A program made the position numbers and the translations under genes. From an uncultured Gammaproteobacteria bacterium (GTDB taxonomy: Bacteria; Pseudomonadota; Gammaproteobacteria; CAISUE01), in contig CAYYFQ010000010.1 in assembly GCA_964471475.1 (NCBI GenBank), positions 684 to 64,683 of the forward strand: a stretch of DNA of 64,000 nt. The letters run 5' to 3'. Under the pieces are notes generated by a model, which made no database searches, was not told the DNA's origin, and saw only the letters and a program-made list of their open reading frames with translations. Shown here piece after piece: positions 46,972 through 58,491 of this stretch; within the stretch, counting starts at the first letter, position 1, and every line of letters starts with the position of its first letter.

Positions 46972-47995
46972 AACCCATGACCTCTACTTCGACATGTAAA
47001 GTTTTTAAATAAGTGATCGCCTCGGTGATATTGGCGGGTTCTCCAATAAAAAGACAAAGCATAAAACCTACCGCCGCTTCATTAATCATTTCTAAATCGG
47101 CTTGCAAGATATTCACCACGACATTAAATCGAGTATGCATAGCATATAGTACAGGTTCATCCGCCATGTTCCCTACAAAGGCTAAACGCACTACTAAAAT
47201 AAGCTCCGACGCAAATTTTTGCTGTAGCCGTTTTTGGATTTTCGGAGATACTTTTAAGTTCAAACTTTCTTGTGTTAAAGCACGTGTAATTTGACTACGT
47301 GGTTTGGTAAAAATATCGAGCACCAAACCTTCCTCAACGACTCTCCCTTGATCAATCACTGCGACACAGTCACAAATTTTTTTGATTACACTCATTTCAT
47401 GAGTAATCACTACAATCGTAATTTTCAAACGTTGGTTAATTTCTTTAAGCAGGTCTAAAATGGAACGTGTCGATTCAGGATCCAACGCGGAAGTAGGTTC
47501 ATCGCAAAGTAAGACGGCAGGATCAGTAATCAAAGCGCGAGCAATAGCTACGCGTTGTTTTTGTCCCCCACTTAAATGCGCCGGGTAAAGTTGCGCTTGC
47601 TCAGTTAAATTTACTAAAGCAAGTTGTTGCTTTACTTTTTGGTCAATTTCAGTAGGTTTTTCACCTAAAATCTCTAAAGGGAGCGCAATATTCTCAAAAA
47701 CTGTTCTTGAGTTAAGCAAGTTATAATGCTGAAACACAATACCAATTCTACGACGCACTGCTCTTAACTCCGAATTTTTTAACTTATTCACACACAGTTG
47801 CTCTAAATAAATATCTCCACTACAAGCCTGATCTAACAAAGCAATGCACCGCAATAAGGTAGTTTTTCCAGAACCACTGCGCCCAATAATTCCAAATATT
47901 TCCCCTTTTTTTATATTTAAATTAATATTATGCAGCGCTCGCGTCGCATGGCTATTATAAAAAAAAGTTTTATGTAAATTTTTAATATGAATCAT
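46964..47995 (-). CDS. metN: Methionine ABC transporter ATP-binding subunit
   Basis: GRSGSGKT, LSGGQKQRVAIARAL, CDEPTSALDP, C-terminal NIL-type domain. Confidence 0.95.
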   Translation of the reverse strand: MIHIKNLHKTFFYNSHATRALHNINLNIKKGEIFGIIGRSGSGKTTLLRCIALLDQACSGDIYLEQLCVNKLKNSELRAVRRRIGIVFQHYNLLNSRTVFENIALPLEILGEKPTEIDQKVKQQLALVNLTEQAQLYPAHLSGGQKQRVAIARALITDPAVLLCDEPTSALDPESTRSILDLLKEINQRLKITIVVITHEMSVIKKICDCVAVIDQGRVVEEGLVLDIFTKPRSQITRALTQESLNLKVSPKIQKRLQQKFASELILVVRLAFVGNMADEPVLYAMHTRFNVVVNILQADLEMINEAAVGFMLCLFIGEPANITEAITYLKTLHVEVEVMGYE

Positions 47996-48005
47996 AAAAT
48001 AAAAG

Positions 48006-48596
48006 CTATTTCATTTTCTTAGATATATTTGCAACTCGCTTCCCCAGCGCAATGCAAATTCTGATTTCTTCTTCTGACAAAGGTAAATTATCTTGACCGC
48101 CTGCGAAGTGGGTGGCTCCATAAAAACTGCCGCCCGTCCGCGTAGATAACGTATCCGGCTCAGAAGCTGGAACCCCCACAATAATCATGCCATGATGTAA
48201 CAATGGGATCATCATAGTTAACAACGTGCTTTCTTGTCCTGAATGCATGGTAGATGTTGAAGTAAATAACCCCGCGGGTTTATTGATAAGCGCGCCTGAA
48301 AACCAAATACTCGCCGTAGTATCCCAAAAATTTTTAAGCCCCGCTGCCATATTGCCAAAACGTGTAGGACTGCCCATGACTAAACCATCACAATTTTTTA
48401 AATCGTCCAACGTCACAAAAGGGTCTAGAGCTTCATGCTTAGTCGCATGATGTATTTGATCAGCTTCGCTAAAAGGCACAGTGCGTAAAACGGCTTCGCA
48501 ATCTTTGACAGATTCGACGCCTTGCGCCACTTTTTGCGCCATCGATTTCACTGCACCAGTTCTTGAATAATATAAAATTAAAATTTTATTTTCCAT
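48006..48596 (-). CDS. wrbA: NAD(P)H:quinone oxidoreductase, flavodoxin-like
   Basis: LYYSRTG, GSPTRFGNMAA, TSTSTMHSGQESTL, GGSFYGA. Confidence 0.93.
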   Translation of the reverse strand: MENKILILYYSRTGAVKSMAQKVAQGVESVKDCEAVLRTVPFSEADQIHHATKHEALDPFVTLDDLKNCDGLVMGSPTRFGNMAAGLKNFWDTTASIWFSGALINKPAGLFTSTSTMHSGQESTLLTMMIPLLHHGMIIVGVPASEPDTLSTRTGGSFYGATHFAGGQDNLPLSEEEIRICIALGKRVANISKKMK

Positions 48597-48598
48597 AT

Positions 48599-49015
48599 TT
48601 ACTCCAAATTATGTGGCCCAAAAGAAAGCGGAAGCAATTCTTCTAAAAGATGCATACGATAGTTGCCTGCGCCATTATACATATAAACTTCTAAGTCTGA
48701 GACTGCAAATTCGCGCAGTCGTTGGCGACATGCGCCACAAGGTGAGCAATAAGGTTCCCCTGAACTCACCACCACTATTCCCACAATATCTTTTTCACCA
48801 GCGCTAATCATATTTGCAATTGCGCAGGCTTCTGCACATTGCACTAAAGAATAACTTGCATTTTCAATATTACATCCGCTAAAAAATTGATTGTTTTTAG
48901 TTTTGAGACAAGCACCTACTTGAAAATTGGAATAAGGAGAATACGCATGTTTTAGCATGAAACGCGCTTGTTGAAACATCTTTTCTAATTCTTCTTTCGT
49001 TATTTTACTTGACAT
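48599..49015 (-). CDS. cdd: Cytidine deaminase (homotetrameric type)
   Basis: AYSPYSNFQVGA, GCNIENASY, CAE, SPCGACRQ, LLPLSFG; ATG 49015. Confidence 0.96.
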   Translation of the reverse strand: MSSKITKEELEKMFQQARFMLKHAYSPYSNFQVGACLKTKNNQFFSGCNIENASYSLVQCAEACAIANMISAGEKDIVGIVVVSSGEPYCSPCGACRQRLREFAVSDLEVYMYNGAGNYRMHLLEELLPLSFGPHNLE

Positions 49016-50411
49016 GGCTGTTTTCCTGTTTGCGCCATTTAACTCCTTGAGGAGTGTCATCAAGAATAATGCTTTTAGCTAATAATTCTTCACGTAAATT
49101 ATCCGCCTTTTCCCAATTTTTTTCCGCTCGAGCCAATTCACGCTCAGCAATTAAATTTTCTATCCACGAAATTTCAGTCGTATTAATTTGCTGTCGAAAA
49201 TACTGCTCTGGATGTTGTTGGCAAATACCAAAAATTTTGCTTAATTCGACAAGTAATTTACCATAAGATTCCGCTTGTTTTTTATCAGTGTTTTTTAAGC
49301 GATTAATTTCACGTGCAAGCTCAAAAATTACCGCAAAAGCTTCCGGCGTATTTAAGTCATCGGCTAATGCTGCCAAAAATCGCTTAGTATAATCTTCCTC
49401 GTGCGGCACTTGAGCTTTTGTTAAATCTAAATCTCTCAAAGTAAAATATAAACGATCTAAACTTTGCTTAGATTGATCTAAAGCTTCAGTGGAATAATTA
49501 ATGGGACTCCTATAATGTGAAGTAGTCAAAAAATAACGCAACACTTCTGCTGAATAATTTTTTAACACATCGCGGATGGTAAAAAAATTACCGAGAGATT
49601 TAGACATTTTTTCATGATCGACTTGCACAAATCCACAATGCATCCAAATATTCACAAAAGCTGTATTACAAGCACCTTGGCTTTGCGCTAATTCATTTTC
49701 ATGGTGAGGAAATAACAAATCATGACCACCACCGTGAATATCAAAATGATCCCCTAATAATTTGCTCGACATTGCTGAACATTCGATATGCCATCCTGGA
49801 CGTCCTTCTCCCCACGGAGAAGGCCACGTAGGTTCTCCAGGTTTGCTTTTTTTCCATAATACAAAATCTAATGGATCTAATTTATCTTCACCAACTGCTA
49901 CGCGAGAACCTGCTCGCAATTTCTCAAGATCTTGCCCGCTTAATTGCCCATATGCTGGAAAGCGATTCACTGCAAAACATACATCACCATTCGGTGCCAC
50001 GTACGCTAAACCATTGTGAATTAGTTTTTCGATAAAGCTAATCATTTCTGTCACATAGGCAGTGGCTTTAGGTGCATAAGTCGGTGGTAAAATATTTAAA
50101 GCCGCGCAATCTTGATCAAGCGCTTCAATATAAGTTTGAGTGAGTGCTTGGGTGCTTTGGTGGTTTTCATTTGCACGCTTAATAATTTTGTCGTCGATAT
50201 CCGTAATATTTCGTACATAGGTGACTTGATATCCCATTTTTCGTAAAGCACGCGTCAAGACATCAAAAGCAATCATCACACGAGCATGCCCTATATGACA
50301 AAAATCATAAACCGTCATGCCACAAACATATAATTTTACATGCCCAGTTGTTAAAGGTGTAAATGGCTCTTTTTGTCGAGACTTAGAATTGTAAAGAATG
50401 ATCGGCAGCAT
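49005..50411 (-). CDS. cysS: Cysteine--tRNA ligase
   Basis: YVCGMTVYD..HIGH, GRPGWHIECS, DIHGGG.DL.FPHHENE, KMSKS. Confidence 0.98.
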   Translation of the reverse strand: MLPIILYNSKSRQKEPFTPLTTGHVKLYVCGMTVYDFCHIGHARVMIAFDVLTRALRKMGYQVTYVRNITDIDDKIIKRANENHQSTQALTQTYIEALDQDCAALNILPPTYAPKATAYVTEMISFIEKLIHNGLAYVAPNGDVCFAVNRFPAYGQLSGQDLEKLRAGSRVAVGEDKLDPLDFVLWKKSKPGEPTWPSPWGEGRPGWHIECSAMSSKLLGDHFDIHGGGHDLLFPHHENELAQSQGACNTAFVNIWMHCGFVQVDHEKMSKSLGNFFTIRDVLKNYSAEVLRYFLTTSHYRSPINYSTEALDQSKQSLDRLYFTLRDLDLTKAQVPHEEDYTKRFLAALADDLNTPEAFAVIFELAREINRLKNTDKKQAESYGKLLVELSKIFGICQQHPEQYFRQQINTTEISWIENLIAERELARAEKNWEKADNLREELLAKSIILDDTPQGVKWRKQENSHVK

Positions 50412-50460
50412 AGCACACTCAAGTTATATGGAAGAAAATTATAACACGTCACCGTTCACT

Positions 50461-50545
50461 GGGTCAGGCTTCGTTTTTTTGGTTTTTCGTTTTTTGGTCT
50501 GATTAGATAAAGGGAAGGGTTTTCAAAAACCGAAAGCCTGATCTC
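50461..50545. repeat. Degenerate inverted-repeat remnant between plsY and cysS
   Basis: gggtcaggcttcgttttt ... aaaaaccgaaagcctgatct imperfect arms with a T-rich interior. Confidence 0.4.
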
Positions 50546-50548
50546 AAT

Positions 50549-51142
50549 TCATTTTTGTCCAATTTTTGTTTCCTCTCCAAGAACCAAACGTTTAATATTG
50601 CCGCGATGGCAAATGAGGATGATAGCTGTCATAAAGAATAACGCAGGAAGCAACGGAATAAGCTTAAGCATGTAAGCATAGGCTGGGAGAGATAGAACCA
50701 TCACAATGGAAGCTAAAGAAGAATAACGAAAAATAAAAGCTACAAGGAGCCACGTCAAGCTTGCCGCAAAACCTAAAGGAACATTTAAAGCAAATAAAAC
50801 CCCCAAAGTAGTAGCCACTCCCTTCCCTCCTTTGAATAAATAATAAACGGGGAAAATATGGCCAAGGATTGCGGCAAGCGCAATGAGTCCTTGGAAAAAA
50901 AGTGGAACATGTAAATATTTCGCTAATAAAACCGGGAGCACCCCTTTAGCAACGTCTCCGATAATAACAAAAACAGCAGCGCTTTTCCCGCTCAAACGTA
51001 ACACATTAGTCGCACCAGGATTTTTAGAGCCCGCTGTGCGAGGATCTGCAAATTTAAAAATCTTAGCGGCTATCAAAGCAAAAGACAGCGAACCTACTAA
51101 ATAAGCAATTACCAGTAAACTTAGCACTTGCACCAGCATCAT
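50549..51142 (-). CDS. plsY: Glycerol-3-phosphate acyltransferase
   Basis: AYLVGSLSF, GSKNPGATNVLR, DVAKG, GHIFP, GGKGVAT, HRGNIKRLVLGEE; ATG 51142. Confidence 0.97.
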   Translation of the reverse strand: MMLVQVLSLLVIAYLVGSLSFALIAAKIFKFADPRTAGSKNPGATNVLRLSGKSAAVFVIIGDVAKGVLPVLLAKYLHVPLFFQGLIALAAILGHIFPVYYLFKGGKGVATTLGVLFALNVPLGFAASLTWLLVAFIFRYSSLASIVMVLSLPAYAYMLKLIPLLPALFFMTAIILICHRGNIKRLVLGEETKIGQK

Positions 51143-51210
51143 GACTATTTTCCTTAAAGACAGTTCGGAGTATACTGGACGGCCCAAGACTTATTGTCAA
51201 GCAACCTCTT

Positions 51211-51765
51211 ATGAAACCCAATGCCAACCATTTAATTTGGATCGATCTAGAAATGACGGGTCTCAATGTCGATAATGATCAAATTATTGAAATTGCGATG
51301 GTCGTCACGGATAACCAACTGACCGTTTTAGCCGAAAGCCCAGTGCTTGCAATTTATCAACCCCCCGAAATATTGGCTAAAATGGATGAGTGGAATACCA
51401 AGCAACACCAAAAATCAGGCCTCACCGCACGCGTTATAGAAAGCAAAATCACTGTGGAAGCTGCGCAGCAAGTGATGCTTGAATTTTTAGCGCCTCTTGT
51501 GCCAAAAGGAAAATCCCCCATGTGCGGCAATAGTATCTGTCAAGACCGCCGATTTTTATATCGCTTTATGCCCCTGCTCGAAGCTTATTTTCATTATCGC
51601 AATTTAGATGTGAGCACCCTTAAAGAACTGGCGAAACGTTGGACTCCTGATCTTGTGAAATCATTCAAGAAAAAATCACGCCATTTGGCCTTAGAAGATA
51701 TTTATGACTCCATTAACGAATTAAAATATTATCGCGAACATTTGTTTAAAAACGAGTGTGATTAA
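51211..51765 (+). CDS. orn: Oligoribonuclease
   Basis: [45 protein letters not shown]. Confidence 0.98.
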   Translation: MKPNANHLIWIDLEMTGLNVDNDQIIEIAMVVTDNQLTVLAESPVLAIYQPPEILAKMDEWNTKQHQKSGLTARVIESKITVEAAQQVMLEFLAPLVPKGKSPMCGNSICQDRRFLYRFMPLLEAYFHYRNLDVSTLKELAKRWTPDLVKSFKKKSRHLALEDIYDSINELKYYREHLFKNECD

Positions 51766-51844
51766 AAGTGACCCGCTAACTATGGCGTGTTGACAATTTA
51801 TAATCGTGTATAATGTTCCCTTTTTATTATTCAACATATAAACC

Positions 51845-54559
51845 ATGGCGTTTAACATTATCCGTAAAATTATTGGTTCACGAAACGATCGTGTACTTAA
51901 GCAATTAAAAAAAATTGTTCAAGTCATCAACGCGTGGGAACCCAAACTGCAAAACCTTTCCGACGAAGCACTTAAAGCCAAAACGCTGGAATTTAAAGAG
52001 CGTTACCAAAAAGGTGACACACTCGATCAATTGCTGCCTGAAGCTTTTGCTGTCGTGCGCGAAGCAAGTAAGCGAACATTGGGTTTGCGTCATTTTGATG
52101 TGCAATTAATTGGCGGCATCGTATTACATCGCGGCAAAATCGCAGAAATGCGCACAGGCGAAGGAAAAACTTTAGTTGCCACCTTGCCCATTTATTTAAA
52201 CGCACTCACTGGTAAAGGCGTTCATTTAGTCACCGTCAATGATTACTTGGCAAAACGTGACGCCGAATGGATGATGCCCATTTACAATTTTTTAGGGTTG
52301 AGTGTAGGAATCAATCTCTCTGACATGCCAGCGCCTCTCAAAAGAGACGCCTATGCTGCAGACATTACTTACGGCACCAATAACGAATTTGGATTTGATT
52401 ACTTGCGTGACAACATGGCGTTTCACTTGGAAGATCGTGTTCAACGCGGTTTGAATTTTGCAATTGTCGATGAAGTGGATTCTATTTTAATTGATGAAGC
52501 GCGTACCCCTCTTATTATTTCAGGCTCGGTGGAAGATAGTTCTGAATTGTATATCCGCATTAATAAACTCATTCCAAAGCTGGTACGTCAAATAGAAGCC
52601 AACGGCACTGGCGATTTTAGTGTCGAAGAAAAGATGAAACAAGTTTCTTTAACAGAACAGGGCCATGAAAAAATAGAAGTTTTATTAATGGCTGAAGGCT
52701 TATTAGGTGAGAGTGAGAGCCTTTATGCCCCTAGCAACATCCGTTTAATGCATCATGTTTACGCCGCTTTACGAGCCCATACATTTTTTCAAAAAGACAT
52801 CGATTATATTATTCAAAATAATGAAGTGGTGATTGTGGATGAACATACAGGGCGCACCATGCCAGGACGTCGCTGGTCAGAGGGTTTACATCAAGCGGTA
52901 GAAGCCAAAGAAGGCTTAAAAATTCAAAACGAAAATCAAACCTTAGCTTCCATCACTTTCCAAAATTATTTTCGCTTGTACCAGAAACTCGCGGGCATGA
53001 CAGGAACCGCTGATACCGAAGCTTACGAATTTCAACAAATTTATGGCTTGGAAGTCATTGTCATTCCTACTAACAAACCTATTTCTCGTCAAGACTTAGC
53101 TGATAAAATTTATCTTACGCAACAAGATAAGTATGGCGCCATCATCGATGTTATTAAAAAGTATATCGCCAAACAAGCACCTGTATTAGTTGGGACAGCA
53201 TCGATTGAGAGCTCCGAGTTATTATCTTCACTATTAAACAAAGAAAAAATTCCGCATCAAGTACTAAATGCTAAATATCACGCGCAAGAAGCGCAAATTA
53301 TTGCTCAAGCCGGCCGTCCTGGCACAGTAACTATCGCGACCAATATGGCAGGTCGCGGAACAGATATTGTTCTAGGGGGAAATCCTGAAGCAGAAATTCA
53401 AGCGTTAACTGAACCCACCGAAGCTCAAATTCAAGAAATTCGCACGCATTGGAAAAAACGCCATGGTGAAGTCATCAATGCGGGCGGTTTACATATTGTC
53501 GGTACAGAGCGCCATGAGTCACGCCGTATTGACAACCAATTGCGTGGTCGCGCAGGGCGCCAAGGAGATCCCGGTCAAACACAATTCTATTTGGCATTGG
53601 ATGATAACTTAATGCGTATTTTTGCAGGCGAATGGCTCAAAACAGCCATGCAAAAACTCGGGATGAAAGAAGGCGAGTCCATCGAACACAACATGATATC
53701 GCGTGCAATTGAAAAAGCGCAGCGTAAAGTAGAAGGTCGAAACTTTGATATCCGTAAACAACTGCTCGAGTTTGATGATGTGGCTAATGATCAGCGTCGG
53801 GTGATTTATGCAAAGCGTGATGAAATTATGCACGCTGAAGAAGTTGCCGAAATGATTCGTTCATTTCGGGCAGATGTATTACATCACTTTATTAATCAAT
53901 ATATCCCCTTAAATAGTTTAGAAGAACAATGGGACATCCCAGGCTTAGAAAAAGCTTTGCCCAATTTATTTGATTTGTCTTTACCTGTAGAAGCCTGGTT
54001 AAAAGAGGACGAAAGTCTTGACGAAGAAAAATTGCGCACGCGCCTTTTAACGGAACTCGATACTGTATACGCAGCCAAAGAAAACCAAATTGGCTCACCC
54101 AATTTACGCCAGTTCGAAAAAAATATTCTCTTGCAAACTCTTGATCAACAATGGCGAGAGCATTTAGCAGCCATGGATTATTTGCGTCAAGGCATTCACT
54201 GGCGTGGTTATGCACAAAAAAATCCTAAACAAGAATATAAGCGCGAAGCCTACGAATTATTTGCAACTATGTTAGAAAGTATTAAAACAGAAGTCACTCG
54301 TATACTAAGCCATATTCAAATTCAAAGCGCGGAAGAAATTGCGGCGTTAGAAGCTCAGCAACAACGATTAGCTACTGAGCAAAGAATGCAATTTGCGCAT
54401 GAAACTCCTCGTGAATTCGGCGTAGAAGCACCTCCTCTAAACAATCAACAATCTCAACAACGCACTATGTTAAGTGGTCAAGGAAAAATAAGTCGTAATG
54501 CGACTTGCCCTTGTGGGTCAGGTAAAAGATATAAACAGTGCCATGGGAAGTTAAGCTGA
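51845..54559 (+). CDS. secA: Protein translocase subunit SecA
   Basis: [51 protein letters not shown]-terminal [14 protein letters not shown]. Confidence 0.99.
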   Translation: MAFNIIRKIIGSRNDRVLKQLKKIVQVINAWEPKLQNLSDEALKAKTLEFKERYQKGDTLDQLLPEAFAVVREASKRTLGLRHFDVQLIGGIVLHRGKIAEMRTGEGKTLVATLPIYLNALTGKGVHLVTVNDYLAKRDAEWMMPIYNFLGLSVGINLSDMPAPLKRDAYAADITYGTNNEFGFDYLRDNMAFHLEDRVQRGLNFAIVDEVDSILIDEARTPLIISGSVEDSSELYIRINKLIPKLVRQIEANGTGDFSVEEKMKQVSLTEQGHEKIEVLLMAEGLLGESESLYAPSNIRLMHHVYAALRAHTFFQKDIDYIIQNNEVVIVDEHTGRTMPGRRWSEGLHQAVEAKEGLKIQNENQTLASITFQNYFRLYQKLAGMTGTADTEAYEFQQIYGLEVIVIPTNKPISRQDLADKIYLTQQDKYGAIIDVIKKYIAKQAPVLVGTASIESSELLSSLLNKEKIPHQVLNAKYHAQEAQIIAQAGRPGTVTIATNMAGRGTDIVLGGNPEAEIQALTEPTEAQIQEIRTHWKKRHGEVINAGGLHIVGTERHESRRIDNQLRGRAGRQGDPGQTQFYLALDDNLMRIFAGEWLKTAMQKLGMKEGESIEHNMISRAIEKAQRKVEGRNFDIRKQLLEFDDVANDQRRVIYAKRDEIMHAEEVAEMIRSFRADVLHHFINQYIPLNSLEEQWDIPGLEKALPNLFDLSLPVEAWLKEDESLDEEKLRTRLLTELDTVYAAKENQIGSPNLRQFEKNILLQTLDQQWREHLAAMDYLRQGIHWRGYAQKNPKQEYKREAYELFATMLESIKTEVTRILSHIQIQSAEEIAALEAQQQRLATEQRMQFAHETPREFGVEAPPLNNQQSQQRTMLSGQGKISRNATCPCGSGKRYKQCHGKLS

Positions 54560-54608
54560 TCTTCCGAATCTCTCTATGAATTGAGCATTGTCCTGTCAAT
54601 TTTACCCA

Positions 54609-54659
54609 GTGTCACAAGCTACATTCAGATTTCACGAATAATTATCTGACAGACTGTAG
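54609..54659. repeat. Palindromic family C half-copy
   Basis: Reverse complement ctacagtctgtcagataattattcgtgaaatctgaat matches 33581-33617; carries gtgtcacaagct shared with 24567-24578. Confidence 0.8.
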
Positions 54660-54661
54660 TT

Positions 54662-54694
54662 AGTAAAAAGCCCGCAATAAGCGGGCTTTTTACT
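54662..54694. terminator. Bidirectional intrinsic terminator between secA and the H1-like gene
   Basis: agtaaaaagcccgc-aataa-gcgggctttttact, a perfect 14-bp inverted repeat with A/T tracts on both sides. Confidence 0.9.
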
Positions 54695-54715
54695 TAAAAA
54701 GAAATAAAGTAGAAC

Positions 54716-55060
54716 TTATTTCTTTTTAGCAACCTTCTTTTTTACTACTTTCTTTTTAGCGACTTTTTTCTTCGCGACTTTTTTCTTAGCAACTACTTTT
54801 TTCTTTACGGCTTTTTTCACTGTTTTCTTAACCGCTTTTTTAGCGACTTTTTTCTTCATCACTTTTTTCGCTGCTTTTTTCTTCACAGTTTTTTTAGCTC
54901 CAGCTTTTTTTGCTTTAGCAGCTGGTTTTTTCTTCGCAGCTGGTTTAGCTTTTTTAGCTTTTGCTTTCTTTGGTTTAGCTGCGACTGCAGCAGTTTTAGT
55001 GTGTGCAGCATCAGCTTCTGGTGAAGTCAATTTCACTGCCTTAGCATTCAAGTTTGGCAT
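54716..55060 (-). CDS. Histone H1-like Lys/Ala/Val-rich DNA-binding protein
   Basis: Repeats of KKxAK/KKVAK/KKPAAK; SD aagga before ATG 55060. Confidence 0.85.
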   Translation of the reverse strand: MPNLNAKAVKLTSPEADAAHTKTAAVAAKPKKAKAKKAKPAAKKKPAAKAKKAGAKKTVKKKAAKKVMKKKVAKKAVKKTVKKAVKKKVVAKKKVAKKKVAKKKVVKKKVAKKK

Positions 55061-55213
55061 AATCAAAGTTCCTTGTTTCAATAAAATAAAGTATAACCCA
55101 AGCGTGATTGTATCATAAATTTTATTTCATACAAGTACCCTGTCCTGCTTCAGTACTTTTAAAATTTCATGCGATAATGCAACTTTCCCATGAATGAAAA
55201 ATAAAATTTTTTT

Positions 55214-55840
55214 ATGCCAAAACAATCTAAAACAAGCCGTCAATGGTTAAAAGAACACTTCACCGACCCTTATGTGATAGAAGCGCAAAAAAAAGGATAT
55301 CGCTCACGCGCGGTTTTTAAATTACTGGAGATTCAAAACAAAGATCGCATCATTAAACCAGGCGCTTGTATTGTTGATCTTGGAGCCGCCCCAGGCGCCT
55401 GGTCACAAAGCTGTACAGAAATCTTAAAGGGCTCTGGAAAAATTATTGCGCTAGATATTTTACCTATGACCGCTTTAGAAGGCGTAGAATTTATTCAAGG
55501 AGATTTTCGAGAAGAAGAAACTTTAGCTAAATTAGAATCTGCATTAAATCATCAACCCATCGATCTTTTACTTTCCGATATGGCTCCTAATACTTCCGGA
55601 ATTAATGCCGTTGATCAACCTCGCGCGATGTACCTAGCAGAATTAGCAATGGAATTGGCTATTTCTCATCTAAAACCTAAAGGGGATTTTTTGGTAAAGA
55701 TTTTTCAAGGCCACGGTTTTGATGAGTACGTGCGAACTGCTCGCACTTTATTTAACCAAGTAGATATTCGCAAACCTAAAGCCTCTCGTGCTCGTTCAAA
55801 AGAGGTGTATCTACTGGCGCGAAACAAGAAAATCAGGTAA
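55214..55840 (+). CDS. rlmE: 23S rRNA Um2552 methyltransferase
   Basis: WLKEHFTDPY, YRSRAVFKL, DLGAAPGAWSQ, SDMAPN, KPKASRARSKEVY. Confidence 0.98.
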   Translation: MPKQSKTSRQWLKEHFTDPYVIEAQKKGYRSRAVFKLLEIQNKDRIIKPGACIVDLGAAPGAWSQSCTEILKGSGKIIALDILPMTALEGVEFIQGDFREEETLAKLESALNHQPIDLLLSDMAPNTSGINAVDQPRAMYLAELAMELAISHLKPKGDFLVKIFQGHGFDEYVRTARTLFNQVDIRKPKASRARSKEVYLLARNKKIR

Positions 55841-55879
55841 GCTAACCAAGTTTAAACACTAATTTATTAAATACCAACC

Positions 55880-57766
55880 ATGAGTGATACCTTCAAAAAT
55901 ATATTAATCTGGATAACGATTATAGTAATTTTTTTCTTGCTTGCTTCCAATTTTAATTCGCATGATAGCAATGAACAAAAACTCAACTATTCTGAGTTTA
56001 TCCAAGATGTCCAAAAAGGCAGTGTGAGCAACGTCAAAATAAATGATATTACGATCACAGGTACTTTAAAAGATAGTAAAAGCTTTATCACCTATATGCC
56101 AATTCCGGATCAAAATTTACTTTCTTTCTTAGTGAAAAATAATGTTGAGGTTGCAGGTACCGCCCCCCCCCAAGATTGGTGGCGTAGCTTACTAATCTAC
56201 GGCCCGTCCGTGCTGATTTTCATTTACTTCATTTATATGATCCGCATGATGCAAGGAGGCAATAAAGGCGGAGCTTTTGGATTTGGCCGCAGTCGTGCCA
56301 AATTATTAAATGATACAAAAAACAAAATCACCTTTGCTGATGTCGCTGGTTGCGATGAAGCAAAAAATGATGTTCAAGAATTAGTAGAATTTTTAAAAGA
56401 CCCTCCTAAATTTCAACAATTAGGAGGACGAATTCCACGCGGCGTACTATTAATGGGCCCTCCAGGAACCGGTAAAACTTTATTAGCCAAAGCGGTAGCA
56501 GGAGAAGCGAAAGTCCCTTTCTTTACTATCTCAGGTTCTGATTTTGTAGAAATGTTCGTAGGGGTTGGTGCATCACGCGTACGCGATATGTTTGAGCAAG
56601 CTAAAAAACAATCGCCTTGCATTATTTTTATCGATGAAATTGACGCGGTTGGACGCCATCGAGGCGCTGGTCTTGGTGGTGGTCATGATGAGCGCGAGCA
56701 AACTTTAAATCAATTACTCGTTGAGATGGATGGCTTTGAAGGTAGCGAAGGCGTCATTGTGATGGCAGCAACCAACCGTCCTGATGTGTTGGATCCAGCT
56801 CTCTTACGCCCGGGACGTTTTGATCGCCAAGTGGTGGTAGGTTTACCAGATATTCGTGGTCGCGAACAAATTTTAAAAGTGCATTTACGTAAAGTGCCAC
56901 TGGCCAATGACGTTATTCCTTTAGTAATTGCGCGGGGTACGCCTGGCTTTTCAGGTGCAGATCTCGCTAATTTAGTTAATGAAGCCGCTTTGCTGGCTGC
57001 GCGCGCCAATAAACGCATCGTTGACATGAAGGAATTAGAGCGAGCAAAAGATAAAATCATGATGGGTGCTGAACGCCGCTCGATGGTCATGAATGAAAAA
57101 GAAAAACGCCTCACTGCTTATCACGAAGCAGGTCACGCCATTGTAGGGCGATTGGTTCCAAGCCACGATCCTGTTTATAAAGTCACTATTATTCCTCGTG
57201 GTCGCGCTTTAGGTGTCACGATGTTTTTACCTGAAGAAGATCGTTATAGCTACACTAAAGAACGTTTAGAAAGTCAAATATCTAGTATGTTTGGTGGTCG
57301 CTTGGCTGAAGAATTAATTTTTGGCCAAGAAAATGTCACGACAGGGGCCTCCAATGATATTGAGCGCGCTACTGATATTGCACGCAATATGGTCACCAAA
57401 TGGGGATTGTCTGAACGCTTAGGGCCACTTACTTATGGCACAGATGAAGGAGAAGTCTTTTTAGGTCACAGCGTTACTAAACGTAAAGAACTTTCAGAAG
57501 ATACTGCCAACTCTATTGATCACGAAATCCGCACCATCATTGATCGCAACTATCTGCGAGCGCGTAATTTATTACAAGCAAATATTAATATCTTACATGT
57601 GATGGCAGACGCTTTAATGAAATATGAAACTATTGATAGCGATCAAATTGATCAAATCATGCGTGGCGAAACTCCGATGCCACCCAAAGATTGGGCAGAA
57701 ATAACCAAACCGATGAGTGCTACCACGCCAACAGATACTGGTACGGAAGCTGCACAAAAAGCGTAA
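55880..57766 (+). CDS. ftsH: ATP-dependent zinc metalloprotease FtsH
   Basis: Two TM helices, [26 protein letters not shown]. Confidence 0.99.
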   Translation: MSDTFKNILIWITIIVIFFLLASNFNSHDSNEQKLNYSEFIQDVQKGSVSNVKINDITITGTLKDSKSFITYMPIPDQNLLSFLVKNNVEVAGTAPPQDWWRSLLIYGPSVLIFIYFIYMIRMMQGGNKGGAFGFGRSRAKLLNDTKNKITFADVAGCDEAKNDVQELVEFLKDPPKFQQLGGRIPRGVLLMGPPGTGKTLLAKAVAGEAKVPFFTISGSDFVEMFVGVGASRVRDMFEQAKKQSPCIIFIDEIDAVGRHRGAGLGGGHDEREQTLNQLLVEMDGFEGSEGVIVMAATNRPDVLDPALLRPGRFDRQVVVGLPDIRGREQILKVHLRKVPLANDVIPLVIARGTPGFSGADLANLVNEAALLAARANKRIVDMKELERAKDKIMMGAERRSMVMNEKEKRLTAYHEAGHAIVGRLVPSHDPVYKVTIIPRGRALGVTMFLPEEDRYSYTKERLESQISSMFGGRLAEELIFGQENVTTGASNDIERATDIARNMVTKWGLSERLGPLTYGTDEGEVFLGHSVTKRKELSEDTANSIDHEIRTIIDRNYLRARNLLQANINILHVMADALMKYETIDSDQIDQIMRGETPMPPKDWAEITKPMSATTPTDTGTEAAQKA

Positions 57767-57797
57767 ACATAGCCTTTAAAAGAACGCGCACAGCATT

Positions 57798-58057
57798 TGT
57801 CATGCCAGCGTAGGCTCATGGCGTCAACTTAAGGAGCTTATGCTAAGAACCACTGTCATGCCAGCGTAGGCTCATAGCGTCAACTTAAGGCGCTTATGCT
57901 AAGAACCACTGTCATGCCAGCGTAGGCTGGCATCCAGGCAAATAAGGATCTTGGGAAGTAACAGTAAAGTGTACTTAACTTCGTAAACTAAAATTTTCAT
58001 CGCTTGCATTGCCTAAAAACATACTTAACTGGATGCCAGCTTACGCTGGCATGACAA
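57798..58057. repeat. Two tandem 56-bp units followed by palindromic family B copy 3
   Basis: Unit tgtcatgccagcgtaggctcat(g/a)gcgtcaacttaagg(a/c)gcttatgctaagaaccac at 57798 and 57854; full element 57910-58057. Confidence 0.9.
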
Positions 58058-58175
58058 TTATCTCCTAATAACTTCAACAAAAGTTATGTGGTTTATGTCT
58101 CGTTGCGCGCAACGTGGTGCCCTTAATTTGCATCTAAGCTACTATCATTCCGCGCAAAGTTTTAGAAATGACTAT

Positions 58176-58484
58176 ATGATCGACTCCACCTTATTCAACG
58201 AAGAATTTTATCTCAAAGATCATCACACCTGGACGAAAACACTTGCAGAATTTTTAGCACATAAAGAAAATATTCAACTAACTGAAGCACACTCGGAAGT
58301 TATTCACTTTGCGCGCAGTTTTTATCAGCAATACCATTACAGCCCCATTCAGCGATTAATCATAAAGCACATGCAAAAAATCGATCCATCTTTTAATAGC
58401 ATCGTGTTACAAACACTTTTCCCTAAAGGTCCAAGACAAATTTGCTTAATCGCTGGTTTACCAAAACCCGCAAGATGCGTCTAA
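58176..58484 (+). CDS. tusE: Sulfur-relay protein TusE/DsrC
   Basis: LTEAHSEVIHFARSFY..LFPKGP..AGLPKPARCV with the penultimate Cys; ATG 58176 preferred over 58086. Confidence 0.9.
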   Translation: MIDSTLFNEEFYLKDHHTWTKTLAEFLAHKENIQLTEAHSEVIHFARSFYQQYHYSPIQRLIIKHMQKIDPSFNSIVLQTLFPKGPRQICLIAGLPKPARCV

Positions 58485-58491
58485 TTAACAA

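Noticed and set aside
48599-49015. Second CxE/PCxxC deaminase as part of a defence or editing system
   Set aside because: Ordinary homotetrameric cytidine deaminase within the cysS-cdd-wrbA-met operon.
57798-57965. Three 19-bp repeats at regular 56-bp spacing resembling a mini CRISPR array
   Set aside because: The intervening sequences are near-identical, the repeat is the arm of a dispersed palindromic element, and there are no cas genes.
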